64,000 bases of DNA from Haliotis rubra (lineage: Eukaryota): positions 1 to 64,000 of the forward strand of contig NW_025766248.1 in assembly GCF_003918875.1 (NCBI RefSeq), in the 5' to 3' direction. The stretch's first letter is position 1. Each line of letters starts with the position of its first letter. The position numbers and the translations under genes were made by a program. This document shows positions 1 through 11,060 of the stretch, piece after piece. The notes beneath the pieces are model-generated. The model had not been told where the DNA came from and made no database searches. It saw nothing but the letters and a program-made list of their open reading frames with translations.

Positions 1-542
1 ATAGTAAACTATAGAGTTCCGACAGCTCGTAACATTATGAATGCTTTGTGGATAGGGACAGAGAAGGGGTTGGATTGGGGTTGAGGTAAAGGGGCAGGAT
101 TGGGGATGCATTTTGACTGAGGTTGGGTTGAGATGCCTGGCCGGCCAGGTTGTGATGAGTCAGTGATTGTTATACCTGCTTTCTTTCAGACAGCTCCACA
201 TCATATCCAAATCAATTTCATTGTATCAGACTTGAATGGACTCAGTTTAATCATCAGATTATCAGGCCCCGACACAATAATTTACACATTGATGCATGGG
301 GCATTAAACCAATAATACCAACAATACATCATAACATGAAAACATGTTACAAAAAGGTGTGTGTGGGAGGTGAGCTAAATGTAATACAGTTCTAAGACAA
401 ATCTCATACATACCCCTTATAATAAATAAACTGTCCCTACACTAATTTAAAGTATTGTTTGGTATCATTTTTTGTATTTCAGACACCCTGTTATAGAGGA
501 AAAAACTCATCTCAAGAGTAGATAGGCTTCTACTGAATAGAC

Positions 543-906
543 TAGGGCTGGGACAGGTCCAAAATTTCTACCTGGGTACCCCACCCCTATTACCCTACCC
601 TGCCCGGATACTCGTTATGTTAATTCCTGACATCAAAATTGTAAGAAATGGCTAAAATATTCTTCAGCTCAGAGGCTAAAATTTCAAGTTTCTTAATATC
701 TTAACCATGTATTTTATTCAAAAGAAGTGACTGTAATTATGTCTAAGTCTTCAAAGACAATACAACCTTTTAATCATGAAAGAATAACATATTACATTGT
801 TTAATCTATTAGTCACATGATCCTGATGGGTCGGGTATTGAGGCGGGTACCGGGTCCGACTCATTACCCACCGTCCCCGGTATCCGGGTTACCCATGCCA
901 GCCCTA
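543..906. mobile_element. hAT-type MITE (364 bp)
   Basis: Terminal inverted repeats TAGGGCTGG (543) and CCAGCCCTA (906). Flanked by an 8-bp target-site duplication, GAATAGAC (535-542) and GAATAGAT (907-914). GC-rich subterminal TACCC/GGGTA motifs surround an AT-rich core. An 8-bp TSD with a TAGGG start is typical of hAT elements. Confidence 0.8.
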
Positions 907-949
907 GAATAGATTATTTGCAATATGGAAGCTGGCTTAGATATAGTAT

Positions 950-1150
950 GTCTCAGTCACTGAAACGCATTATTTTCCCTTCCGCCTAGCCCTTTCTGCA
1001 ATGCTAGCAGCTCTAGATGAAGCAAGTCTAGATTTCCTGTATTTCCTGTTGGGTCTGTATCTCCCTTCTAACTGGGGCTCCTTGTCAAATTTTAAAGGAA
1101 TTGTTTGTTTCTATCAAAATTACATATGTTCAGATGCTAAGAGTTAGTCT
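950..1150 (+). repeat. ~200-bp segment duplicated (diverged) at ~2288-2490
   Basis: cagtcactgaa(a/t)cgcattattttc...gaagcaagtctagatttcct...aaaggaattgtttgt...gttagtct occurs in both places in the same orientation. Confidence 0.75.
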
Positions 1151-1290
1151 AGCCTAGATACAAAATACAGTTAATGTAAAACATGTTATAATTGTAACAT
1201 CAGTAGGATTTGTACTTATTGGGTCTGATTTATCACAGTTTCTCCTAGGTACCAAACAATAATACATTCTACATACAAATGATAACTAAC

Positions 1291-1431
1291 CTCTGAGATT
1301 TTGTTACCTTTTATAAAACCTTGATCATCAGTCCACTGGATTAACAATTCTTTGCCAACTCTGATTGACTTGGAATGAAGAGTGGTTTACAAGAGCTGGC
1401 AACAGAGTTAACAAGACATCATTCTGTTTAC
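1291..1431 (-). other. Putative non-coding or 5'UTR exon of a minus-strand transcript running out of the window; an upstream donor lies at 1895
   Basis: Minus strand reads tctttacAG|...GAG|GTTAG around this segment, and there is a perfect CAG|GTGAGT donor at 1895/1894. All three frames contain stops. Support is splice signals only. Confidence 0.3.
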
Positions 1432-2546
1432 CTGTAAAGAGAATATACAAACTTAACAGCTGAAAAATGAAGTCATTCAGTCCTCAAAATTCATCTGGGA
1501 AACGTGTGACTTATATAATCACCATGTTTATGTTTAGGCTAGGATATTCATAAAAATTATAGCATTAGATATGTTTCAGTTTAGATCTGCCATGACTACT
1601 GAAATTCATCCTGCAGATTTCTCAGGAAAGACACCTTTTATTCCACAACACTGAGGTTAACCTCACCTTAACTTTTAAGCACAGCATAATATTTGTCAAC
1701 GTTTCGTTTTCCACATATGTATAATACTAATCACTGTCGACAACTTATTGTCACTGTTTCGAATCATACGTTCCACTAAATCTGGACATACAATATGTTT
1801 TTAGCTCTACAAAAAATATCAATTTTGGGTGCTACGCCACAGTTACCTCCCCTGAAAGCAGACAGCCTCACGTCGAATGTCTTAATTTACTCACCTGTCA
1901 GCTTGGCAACGCTCGCAGTAACACAACTGGTCTTGATGAGATGATTTAACTGGATTTCTGCTCAAACTGCTTACTTCAACCTTCGTGTATTACCTAATAT
2001 GCGCACTAACAGAATACAGGATGATGTTTGGTGACATTACCTGGTCTAAATATAGCTTGACAGTTTACTAGCAATGGTGCAATGTTTACATCGTATTGAA
2101 AGGCAGTGTTGGTAGATTCTATTCCTGCGTGAAGGGGTGGTAGATTGGGACAGTTTATTCAGACAGTGGAATCTATTTGGGTGTAGAAATTACTGAATCG
2201 CCTAGGTGGTAGAGTATATGTTGTGTCTCAGGTATGCACGATAGTGATGGCAGCTTCACATGATCATAATATATATACTGTAGTCTGTCTCACAGTCACT
2301 GAATCGCATTATTTTCACTTCCGCCCAACCCTTTCTGCAAAGCTAATGATTGTCAAGCCCTGAATGAAGCAAGTCTAGATTTCCTCAGCTTCCGACAGAA
2401 TCTCACGTCTCTCTCAGACTCCTTTCCAATTTAAAAGGAATTGTTTGTGTTTATCAAAAATTATATATTTTCAGATACTAAGCGTTAGTCTTATAATATA
2501 CACTGTAGGTTTATAACAAATCTGCTAACATATACATGTGTATACC

Positions 2547-2768
2547 CACGGTATGAAACCTCCAAAAATTTCAGCCAGACCACAGGGTTGGTTAGATGTA
2601 AAACTTGCCAGCCCTGACCAAAACTTACCTGCCCGAAAAATATCTTCATATACATGTACATGTCTAAAGTTTAACCCAATCGTCGGGCAGGTGAATGTGA
2701 GAATCTGGCAGTCCGTGTTGAAAATAACCCGTCCCGGGCGGTCGGGCAGGCAGGTATTTCGAACGCTG
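2547..2768. mobile_element. Possible degraded hAT-like MITE
   Basis: Imperfect TIRs (CACGGTATGAAA ... TTTCGAACGCTG) and internal inverted motifs (cctgcccga / tcgggcagg). The TSD is not convincing. Confidence 0.35.
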
Positions 2769-3387
2769 GTTTAACCAGACACCATATAATAGAATATGGT
2801 CTCTGGTATAACGAACTGTTCTTTGGTCACCGCCACTGCCTATTTTAGTCGAAATGCGTAAAACAGACTACGGTTATACCGAAGTAAAATCAGTGGTCAC
2901 CACGAGTTCCTTATATCTGTAGTTTACTGTAGTTCAGCCTTGGCAGAAATATTTTTCATCGGATCTTTGAGGGTGGCGTATAAAAACTGGTTCATCGTAT
3001 TATATTTACTGGTAGAACTAATCAACCCCCATCCCAGTTAAATGATACCTGGCTTCGATAAAATGGTACTTGTTGTTACCCTGTCTGATTATATAAGAAG
3101 GAGGTCTCGGCACACACATAAGTTTGATTGCGAGTCACGATAAAAGTGCAAAAAAGGCAATGCATTAAATGTAAATAGAGCAAAGAAACATGTATCGTGA
3201 GATCACGAGGACTTTCTGTCTTATCGTTGAAATGCGTCTCGGGTCCCTAACTGAAGATTTCAACGATTAGAAACCAAAATCCGAGTGATCTAACCTATTT
3301 ATAGGGACATTTATCTTTGGCTTCAACCCAGAAGTCAAATTGGTATCATTTACAACATTTATGTGTCTGGGGTGAGACCATTTCCCA

Positions 3388-3427
3388 GGGGCGGTGCGGT
3401 ATCCTTGTAGTTAAAGCGCCTGCTCGT
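3388..3427 (+). mobile_element. 5' fragment of tRNA-derived SINE (family A), cut off at the left edge of the array
   Basis: ggggcggtgcggtatccttgtagttaaagcgcctgctcgt matches the head of fuller copies, e.g. the reverse complement of 54710-54748 (gggcggtggagtagcctagtggttaaagcgttcgctcgt). Confidence 0.65.
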
Positions 3428-3443
3428 TACTTGTTTCTTGCAG

Positions 3444-3501
3444 GCATGCGTATCAAGCAAAAATTCCCCATGGACGAACGGGGCATGTCCTTTGGGTGGT
3501 G
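3444..3501 (+). pseudogene. Truncated copy of the last (SH3) exon at the left edge of the array
   Basis: Reads ttcttgcAG|GC ATG CGT ATC AAG CAA AAA TTC CCC ATG GAC GAA CGG GGC ATG TCC TTT GGG TGG TG and then joins spacer sequence directly. About 175 bp are deleted relative to full units. Confidence 0.85.
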
Positions 3502-4534
3502 CCTTTCTTGGATCTGACAAAGTGGGGTCTGAAGTCGGGTGAAGCAGGTGGGGCTGTTTCTCAGGGAGACTGATATTGAGAGTAGCACAGAAAAGCGGCC
3601 GTAAAATGCGCGTGGCCGTAGTGGGGTCTGAAGTGGGGTCAAGCAGGTCGGGCGGGTTCATGTACCTTTGAAGTAGTCCCATTCGACTGTGAAAGTGGGG
3701 ACTCGGGCTGTGGCGGGTAGATGAGATTCCACGTGCGTCACCCCCGAATGTAGGGAGGGTCAGACACAGCAGTTCAGTGGACCAATAATGGGACATGGCT
3801 TCCTCGATCAAGGGACTATTTCAGTTGTGGACACTACCAGGCCCGTCGAATCCCTACGCGCGTCGCTGTTCATGATCTTTCATTGGAAAAGTACAGATGG
3901 GTACTGGCAAATAAGGCTGTATGAATCGAATATACAAACAGAACATGCAAGTCACTCAAATTTTCTACCAATCCATTGCACATACCAGGGAGTGTAATTT
4001 ACTCTATCGTACTTACACAGGGCTGGCCTCTAATCGCAAGGGAAATCGGAAAATCAAAAGGTGAGCCTCTAGATACAGGCGTAAGAACAAATATACATGG
4101 TTTGATGATATACACAGTTTGCTAAAACCACGAAGTTAAACTTGGGCCGCTTCACTCCCACGCACAACACCCAAGCTATCTATGTACACCATACATTTTT
4201 CCTGAGGAAACACTAAAGGAGGGTAGTATAGGTATCGAGCTCCCTAATTATAAGCCGGACTAAGTGGGAACTGAATATTGCTATAGAATTATAAAATCAT
4301 CCCAAATAATCCCCGAACATTCAGGGCTGCTCAACAATCGGAAACAACACAGACTTCTGACTTTGAGTCTGCTGGCAGAATGGATGTTTAGTTTTCATCT
4401 TCATTTTCCCTCACACTAGAAGATGTAGCCTTTTCAGTGGCACATGGCGGGATGGCACTGACAAATTCTCGCCACATGCATTAAGGGTCACATACTACCA
4501 CGTATAAAATGTCATAGCTAAATTGACAACCATT

Positions 4535-5337
4535 AAGAATTGCGACTTTCCTTATCTTTCGTCTCATTGCTCGCAGAAACGATATTGTTTTATGTTACTA
4601 ATTTTGTCGTATACTTGAGGATATAATCTCTATAATGATATATGGCACCACATCATCCATGTAATAGTGTAGGCGTGATAAATACCTGAAAGTATGAGGT
4701 CCATTTACTAAAGTCGGTAAACCCTCAAGAATTGCGACTTTTGGTATCTATGGTCTCATTGCTCTCAGAAACGATATTTTTCTGTGATTGTAATTTTGTC
4801 ATATACTTGAGGATATGTGCTTTTTAATGATATATGGAACGATATCATCGACAAAATGGTACATGAGCAATCAATTTCTGAACTTGTTATTCCCGGATAC
4901 TTGCACGCTTAAAGTTGGACTGAAAGTCGGCAAAACTTGCGAATTGCGACTTTTAGTATCTCTCGTCTCCCTCCTCGCAGACAAGATATTTATCTATGAT
5001 TGGGATTTTGTCGTATACTTGAGGATATAATCCCTTCAATGATATGCGGCACGATATCATCCATAAAATTGTGTGGGCGTAATAAATATCTGAATTTATG
5101 AGGTCCATATACTCAAGTCTGTAAGACTAAAGTATTGCGACTTTCGGTATCGTTTGCCTTCCTCCTGGCAGACCAGATATCAATCTATAATTGTAATCTT
5201 GTCATATACTTGAGGATATAATCTTTCTAATGATATATGACACGATATCATCGACAAAATGGTAGAGGAATAACCAGTTCCTGGACTTATGAGCTCCATA
5301 TACTTGCACACATCAATTTGGACTAAAATCGGCAACC
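4535..5337 (+). repeat. Internal ~190-210-bp sub-repeat x4 (A-B-A-B) present in every array unit
   Basis: Monomers start at ~4535, 4727, 4939 and 5130 with (a)gaattgcgacttt and share tgtc(g/a)tatacttgaggatat. Monomers 1 and 3 share gt(a/g)ggcgt...atgaggtccat. Monomers 2 and 4 share atcatcgacaaaatggta...acttgcac...ttggact. Confidence 0.9.
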
Positions 5338-5574
5338 GTCAAAGACCAACACACTCAGCATCTCATGCGGGCCACGCTTCTCGGTGACGGGATATCTGTC
5401 TATGTTCCTGTATTCCCCGCATATTTCCAGACTGCCATGTTAATGCATGTCGTACCCAGCCTGCAATAAGCTGGGCCCCGTCTTGCATGTCGCTAGTTGG
5501 TGCGCGCAAAGGGAGCCAGGAACCAGCTTAAGCCTGCAATGACGGACTTTACCGAGACGTGACGGAATCGTTTC

Positions 5575-5586
5575 TGTGACGTCACA
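5575..5586. promoter_or_regulatory. Palindromic CRE (TGTGACGTCACA) about 95 bp upstream of the predicted ATG, in every unit
   Basis: Full consensus TGACGTCA at 5577-5584 inside a 12-bp palindrome, within a CpG-rich stretch. Function is inferred. Confidence 0.5.
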
Positions 5587-5680
5587 ATCGCAAGGCCGCC
5601 ATTGCCTGAGTAGCAACCAGTTTCGCATCAGTTGACCGCATAAGCTCTGCCCAAATTGTCTTTTCTCTGCGTTTCCAAGT

Positions 5681-8600
5681 ATGAACGAGATCCATCTACC
5701 CGATTTTCATCATCTCCAGAACGACGGGGAACTGTAAGTAACTTTCTTTGGTTCCATTCTGCACGCAGTGTGACGGAATCTCAAATTAAATGTAACGGAC
5801 GTTCTCGTTGCTATGTCCGAGTTGGACGCCATTTTGTACATAACTTCAACAAGGTCTACCCAGATACATAAAAGAATTCCAGCAATCAATCTGCCTTAAA
5901 TGCCTCATCCCGTTCCCCTTTTCTAACTGTGTAAAGTCTATTTAGAATTGTCGACAATATTGGCGATGATATTCTTACATTTTCGCCCTAAAACAATATG
6001 CCAATTTCGTGCCCAATCGCGTAACAATAGCCCCTACTTTATCACAGGTCAGATGGAGTTCATGTTGTCTGTTTACAGCTTGAACCCTTCTCGTTTCTGG
6101 GTGGACATAATGAAGTCCCGGGTAGGCATCAGCAATTCATACGCCGAAAAGCTGCTCGACTGGTGTCAGGATTGTAGGACTAAGCTTGGCACTGTCAGTC
6201 AAGATGGTAAGCATGCGATTACTTATTCAGCTACTATTCAAAATAACGTTTTGACTGATGTTCCTGTTATGTTGCTTCGGGCACTCCTTTAGGTTTGTTT
6301 TGCTTAATTAGCAGCCCCACAAGTTCTCTTTATTCCGTTTTCAGCTTGTTCCGAGAGTTATGAGATTTGCCATCTTCTAGACTGCTACTTGATATCCTCC
6401 GAACAGGAGGCTAATCATATTCTCGCTGTGTCACGTGATATGACGACCCAGGGTGGACCCATCCATTCTCTAAAAAGGTAAGAGTAATGAACATTTGTTA
6501 GTGTCATTCGTGTGTGACTATATATCCACGTGTTGTTTTGACTGTGTGATTAAAAACATGGACAGAGTGGCATTCATATTAGTGGTTGATGTTTTCAGAT
6601 TGGCCTCGACTAACAGGGGAGGCGTGTTGTCTGAGCACAAGGCCTTGAGCCGGGAACTTCTGTCCCTGACTGAGAGACACATGGTGTGCCTCAAACATCT
6701 TCAGGAGGTGAAGGAGGTGAGTTATTCTGGCGACTGCCCTTAGGATGAAACACTTGAATGTAGTTTGTTTTCTATTCTGAATACTACTGTACACACGCGT
6801 GTTTATTTCAAGTACAATATGACAAGGTGAATGTCTTCTCCATTTTTGCAGAGCGGAATAATGGCCATGGCTGCCTCTCGTAATTATGAAAGGAGAATAA
6901 GCGAGCTGAAGGCTGAGCTAGTGAAAGTGGGGGAAAGGTCCAAGACGTCTCAGCAAAGTATGCTGGAGAAGAAAGTCCGGACTCTGGAGTCCAAGCTGGT
7001 TAAACACAATCAGAAGGAGCAGACCCACAAAGCCCGTTATGAGTGCCTGTTGAAAGAGGAAAGCGAGCTTGTGAACAGGCTGAGAAAGGTGAGCATTAAA
7101 AACAGGGGTGCTCACATCTGAGTTTCCAGCCATTCCTACTCATTCTTTGAAGGACTCCTTTCTTACAGAACTGTTTATCTTAATCCCTTTGTAACCCCCT
7201 TTCTCTGTGTGAGTAAACGCTCCACTTACTGAAACCTATACATGCACATGCACATGCCATGTAAAGCACCAACGTTCATTCACGTCTGTCTCTCAATCTT
7301 GTTTACGTCTGTTTTGTGCTTGTGTTTTTTCTGTCCTTCTCTTTGTTACTTTTTAGTTTGTTTGCTTTCCTTTCTCTATCTATTCCCTGTTCTGTTTGTC
7401 CCCTCCCTCCCTCCACCCACCCAGACCTCTGACCATGCATGTCAAGAAGCATGTGACCTGCAGAAGAGTCAGTTGGAGTCCTTGATCTCCAGTCTCAGAG
7501 ACTTTGTTGTCAAGACATGCTCGCCTGACAACGGTGACAGGTACAGCAATAGGGCTGGCTTATCTGTGTTACAGTGTATTGATCCAAAGTTTTGATGCTC
7601 TTTCCTTTTCTCCCTCTCTCTGTGTTTCTCTCCAAGTGTTGAATAGTAATCAGGATCGGGTAGAAGAAAGCTATGATCATTGCATCAGTGTGTACCGGCT
7701 CCCTCACTTTTAATTGCATTTAGAGTTAATCTTCTAAATGACTGAGTCAGACTGACTTGTCTTTGCGTTGCTTTGATAGTTAACCTATGCTTTGTTTATA
7801 TTAATGAAGGTATTGTGTGTTGCTTCAGGAGCAGCTTCCTGAAGGCGGCCATTGATGACATAGCTGTCGATGACATCATCAATGCCACCTGTGATGTCAC
7901 CTCACAGAAGTACATCTTCCCAGATGTTCAGGCCTGGCATGGGAAGTTTGGCTTCTTGGAGAAAATTCCAACCCCGTTCGTCCGAGCATCGGATGTGGCC
8001 ATTAGACGAGATCCAAAGAAAGGCCTGACTGAGGAGAACCTCCTGGCACAAGAAATCATGTCAGCCATTGGCCAGCCCGTTCACAGTCGCAGACGCTGGA
8101 TCTCTAAGTCTAGTACCAAGAATGGTGACAACGGTGACTTCAACAACAACGAATCTGTTACTGTCATCTCAAAAGGTAAATGGAGTCTTGTATTATACAT
8201 GTATAAAACTCTGTCTGTGAGGACACTTCATATTGCTTTAAACTTTAAAATTTACGAAAGAGATTATATGGTAAGATGCAGATGTTCAATCAATTTTTGT
8301 GTCTCTCCTCAGCTGCAGTGGAGGAGGACGTGAAGTATCTGGAAGACGTGTATGTGCGCGTTATCCGCCCCTTCAAGCCCACCCACCCTGAGCACCTCCA
8401 GCTGAATCTGGGTGAGTGTTCCCAAGGAGCAGTGTCTGTAACACTCATGCATGGGATGTAGGAGCGGCCATTGTTGCGTCCATAGATGACCATGTAAGCA
8501 TGCTACATGTACGAGGTTAGTCTGAGTGGTCCTTCTGTTGGGAGTGGAAGTGAAGCAAGTGATTACTAAAACTGTGCATGCTGCGTGTCTCTTTGTATAT

Positions 8601-8776
8601 TTGTATGGTTCTCTTGGATTATGGTGTTACTTCTGTTTCTTGCAGGCATGCGTATCAAGCAAAAATTCCCCATGGACGTACGGGGCATGTCCTTTGGGTG
8701 GTGTCGGCGTGGGCTTGGGGGTCGGAAGAAGCGGCATGGATTTTACCCTGCAGATCACGTGATCTTGGAGAACTAG
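5681..8776 (+). CDS. Divergent PACSIN/syndapin-like F-BAR + SH3 protein, copy 1 (intact, 9 exons, 453 aa)
   Basis: Exons 5681-5733, 6079-6206, 6345-6477, 6599-6716, 6852-7088, 7425-7540, 7829-8175, 8313-8411 and 8646-8776. All introns are GT-AG with compatible phases; total 1362 nt with no internal stop. Motifs resembling PACSIN (compared from memory): SRVGISNSYAEKLLDW ~ ERAKIEKAYAQQLTDW; ARYECLL...CQEACDLQKSQLESL ~ EKYEKVL...FEQCQQFEEKRLVFL; LKAAIDDI...FPDVQAW ~ LEQAIRGA...WPQFEEW. The C-terminus VYVRVIRPFKPTHPEHLQLNLGMRIKQKFPMDVRGMSFGWCRRGLGGRKKRHGFYPADHV is SH3-like. Exon 1 is the least certain; an alternative start is the ATG at 6053. Confidence 0.85.
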
Positions 8777-11060
8777 ACTTTCATTTCATTTCAGTTGTAT
8801 ATGTTGTAAAAACTTTATTTTCTACTGTGAATACACATTGATGAAGGTGTACACATTTTGTCTGTTTTCATTACTCTGTGCCTTCCTTGGATCTGACAAA
8901 GTGGGGTCTGAAGTCGGGTGAAGCAGGTGGGGCTGTTTCTCAGGGAGACTGATATTGAGAGTAGCACAGAAAAGCGGCCGTAAAATGCGCGTGGCCGTAG
9001 TGGGGCCTGAAGTGGGGTCAAGCAGGTCGGGCGGGTTCATGTACCTTTGAAGTAGTCCCATTCGACTGTGAAAGTGGGGACTCGGGCTGTGGCGGGTAGA
9101 TGAGATTCCACGTGCGTCACCCCCGAATGTAGGGAGGGTCAGACACAGCAGTTCAGTGGACCAATAATGGGACATGGCTTCCTCGATCAAGGGACTATTT
9201 CAGTTGTGGACACTACCAGGCCCGTCGAATCCCTACGCGCGTCGCTGTTCATGATCTTTCATTGGAAAAAGTACAGATGGGTACTGGCAAATAAGGCTGT
9301 ATGAATCGAATATACAAACAGAACATGCAAGTCACTCAAATTTTCTACCAATCCATTGCACATACCAGGGAGTGTAATTTACTCTATCGTACTTACACAG
9401 GGCTGGCCTCTAATCGCAAGGGAAATCGGAAAATCAAAAGGTGAGCCTCTAGATACAGGCGTAAGAACAAATATACATGGTTTGATGATATACACAGTTT
9501 GCTAAAACCACGAAGTTAAACTTGGGCCGCTTCACTCCCACGCACAACACCCAAGCTATCTATGTACACCATACATTTTTCCTGAGGAAACACTAAAGGA
9601 GGGTAGTATAGGTATCGAGCTCCCTAATTATAAGCCGGACTAAGTGGGAACTGAATATTGCTATAGAATTATAAAATCATCCCAAATAATCCCCGAACAT
9701 TCAGGGCTGCTCAACAATCGGAAACAACACAGACTTCTGACTTTGAGTCTGCTGGCAGAATGGATGTTTAGTTTTCATCTTCATTTTCCCTCACACTAGA
9801 AGATGTAGCCTTTTCAGTGGCACATGGCGGGATGGCACTGACAAATTCTCGCCACATGCATTAAGGGTCACATACTACCACGTATAAAATGTCATAGCTA
9901 AATTGACAACCATTAAGAATTGCGACTTTCGTTATCTTTCGTCTCATTGCTCGCAGAAACGATATTGTTTTATGTTACTAATTTTGTCGTATACTTGAGG
10001 ATATAATCTCTATAATGATATATGGCACCACATCATCCATGTAATAGTGTAGGCGTGATAAATACCTGAAAGTATGAGGTCCATTTACTAAAGTCGGTAA
10101 ACCTAAAGAATTGCGACTTTTTGGTATCTATGGTCTCATTGCTCTCAGAAACGATATTTTTCTGTGATTGTAATTTTGTCATATACTTGAGGATATGTGC
10201 TTTTTAATGATATATGGAACGATATCATCGACAAAATGGTACATGAGCAATCAATTTCTGAACTTGTTATTCCCGGATACTTGCACGCTTAAAGTTGGAC
10301 TGAAAGTCGGCAAAACTTGCGAATTGCGACTTTTAGTATCTCTCGTCTCCCTCCTCGCAGACAAGATATTTATCTATGATTGGGATTTTGTCGTATACTT
10401 GAGGATATAATCCCTTCAATGATATGCGGCACGATATCATCCATAAAATAGTGTAGGCGTAATAAATATCTGAATTTATGAGGTCCATATACTCAAGTCT
10501 GTAAGACTAAAGTATTGCGACTTTCGGTATCGTTTGCCTTCCTCCTGGCAGACCAGATATCAATCTATAATTGTAATCTTGTCATATACTTGAGGATATA
10601 ATCTTTCTAATGATATATGACACGATATCATCGACAAAATGGTACAGGAATAACCAGTTCCTGGACTTATGAGCTCCATATACTTGCACACATCAATTTG
10701 GACTAAAATCGGCAACCGTCAAAGACCAACACACTCAGCATCTCATGCGGGCCACGCTTCTCGGTGACGGGATATCTGTCTATGTTCCTGTATTCCCCGC
10801 ATATTTCCAGACTGCCATGTTAATGCATGTCGTACCCAGCCTGCAATAAGCTGGGCCCCGTCTTGCATGTCGCTAGTTGGTGCGCGCAAAGGGAGCCAGG
10901 AACCAGCTTAAGCCTGCAATGACGGACTTTACCGAGACGTGACGGAATCGTTTCTGTGACGTCACAATCGCAAGGCCGCCATTGCCTGAGTAGCAACCAG
11001 TTTCGCATCAGTTGACCGCATAAGCTCTGCCCAAATTGTCTTTTCTCTGCGTTTCCAAGT

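Noticed and set aside
3359-3811. 150-aa minus-strand ORF (122 aa in later units) as a second gene
   Set aside because: No recognisable domain, Pro/Thr bias explained by the G-rich plus strand, C-terminus differs between copies, and it is frameshifted in copy 6. Conservation simply reflects recent duplication.
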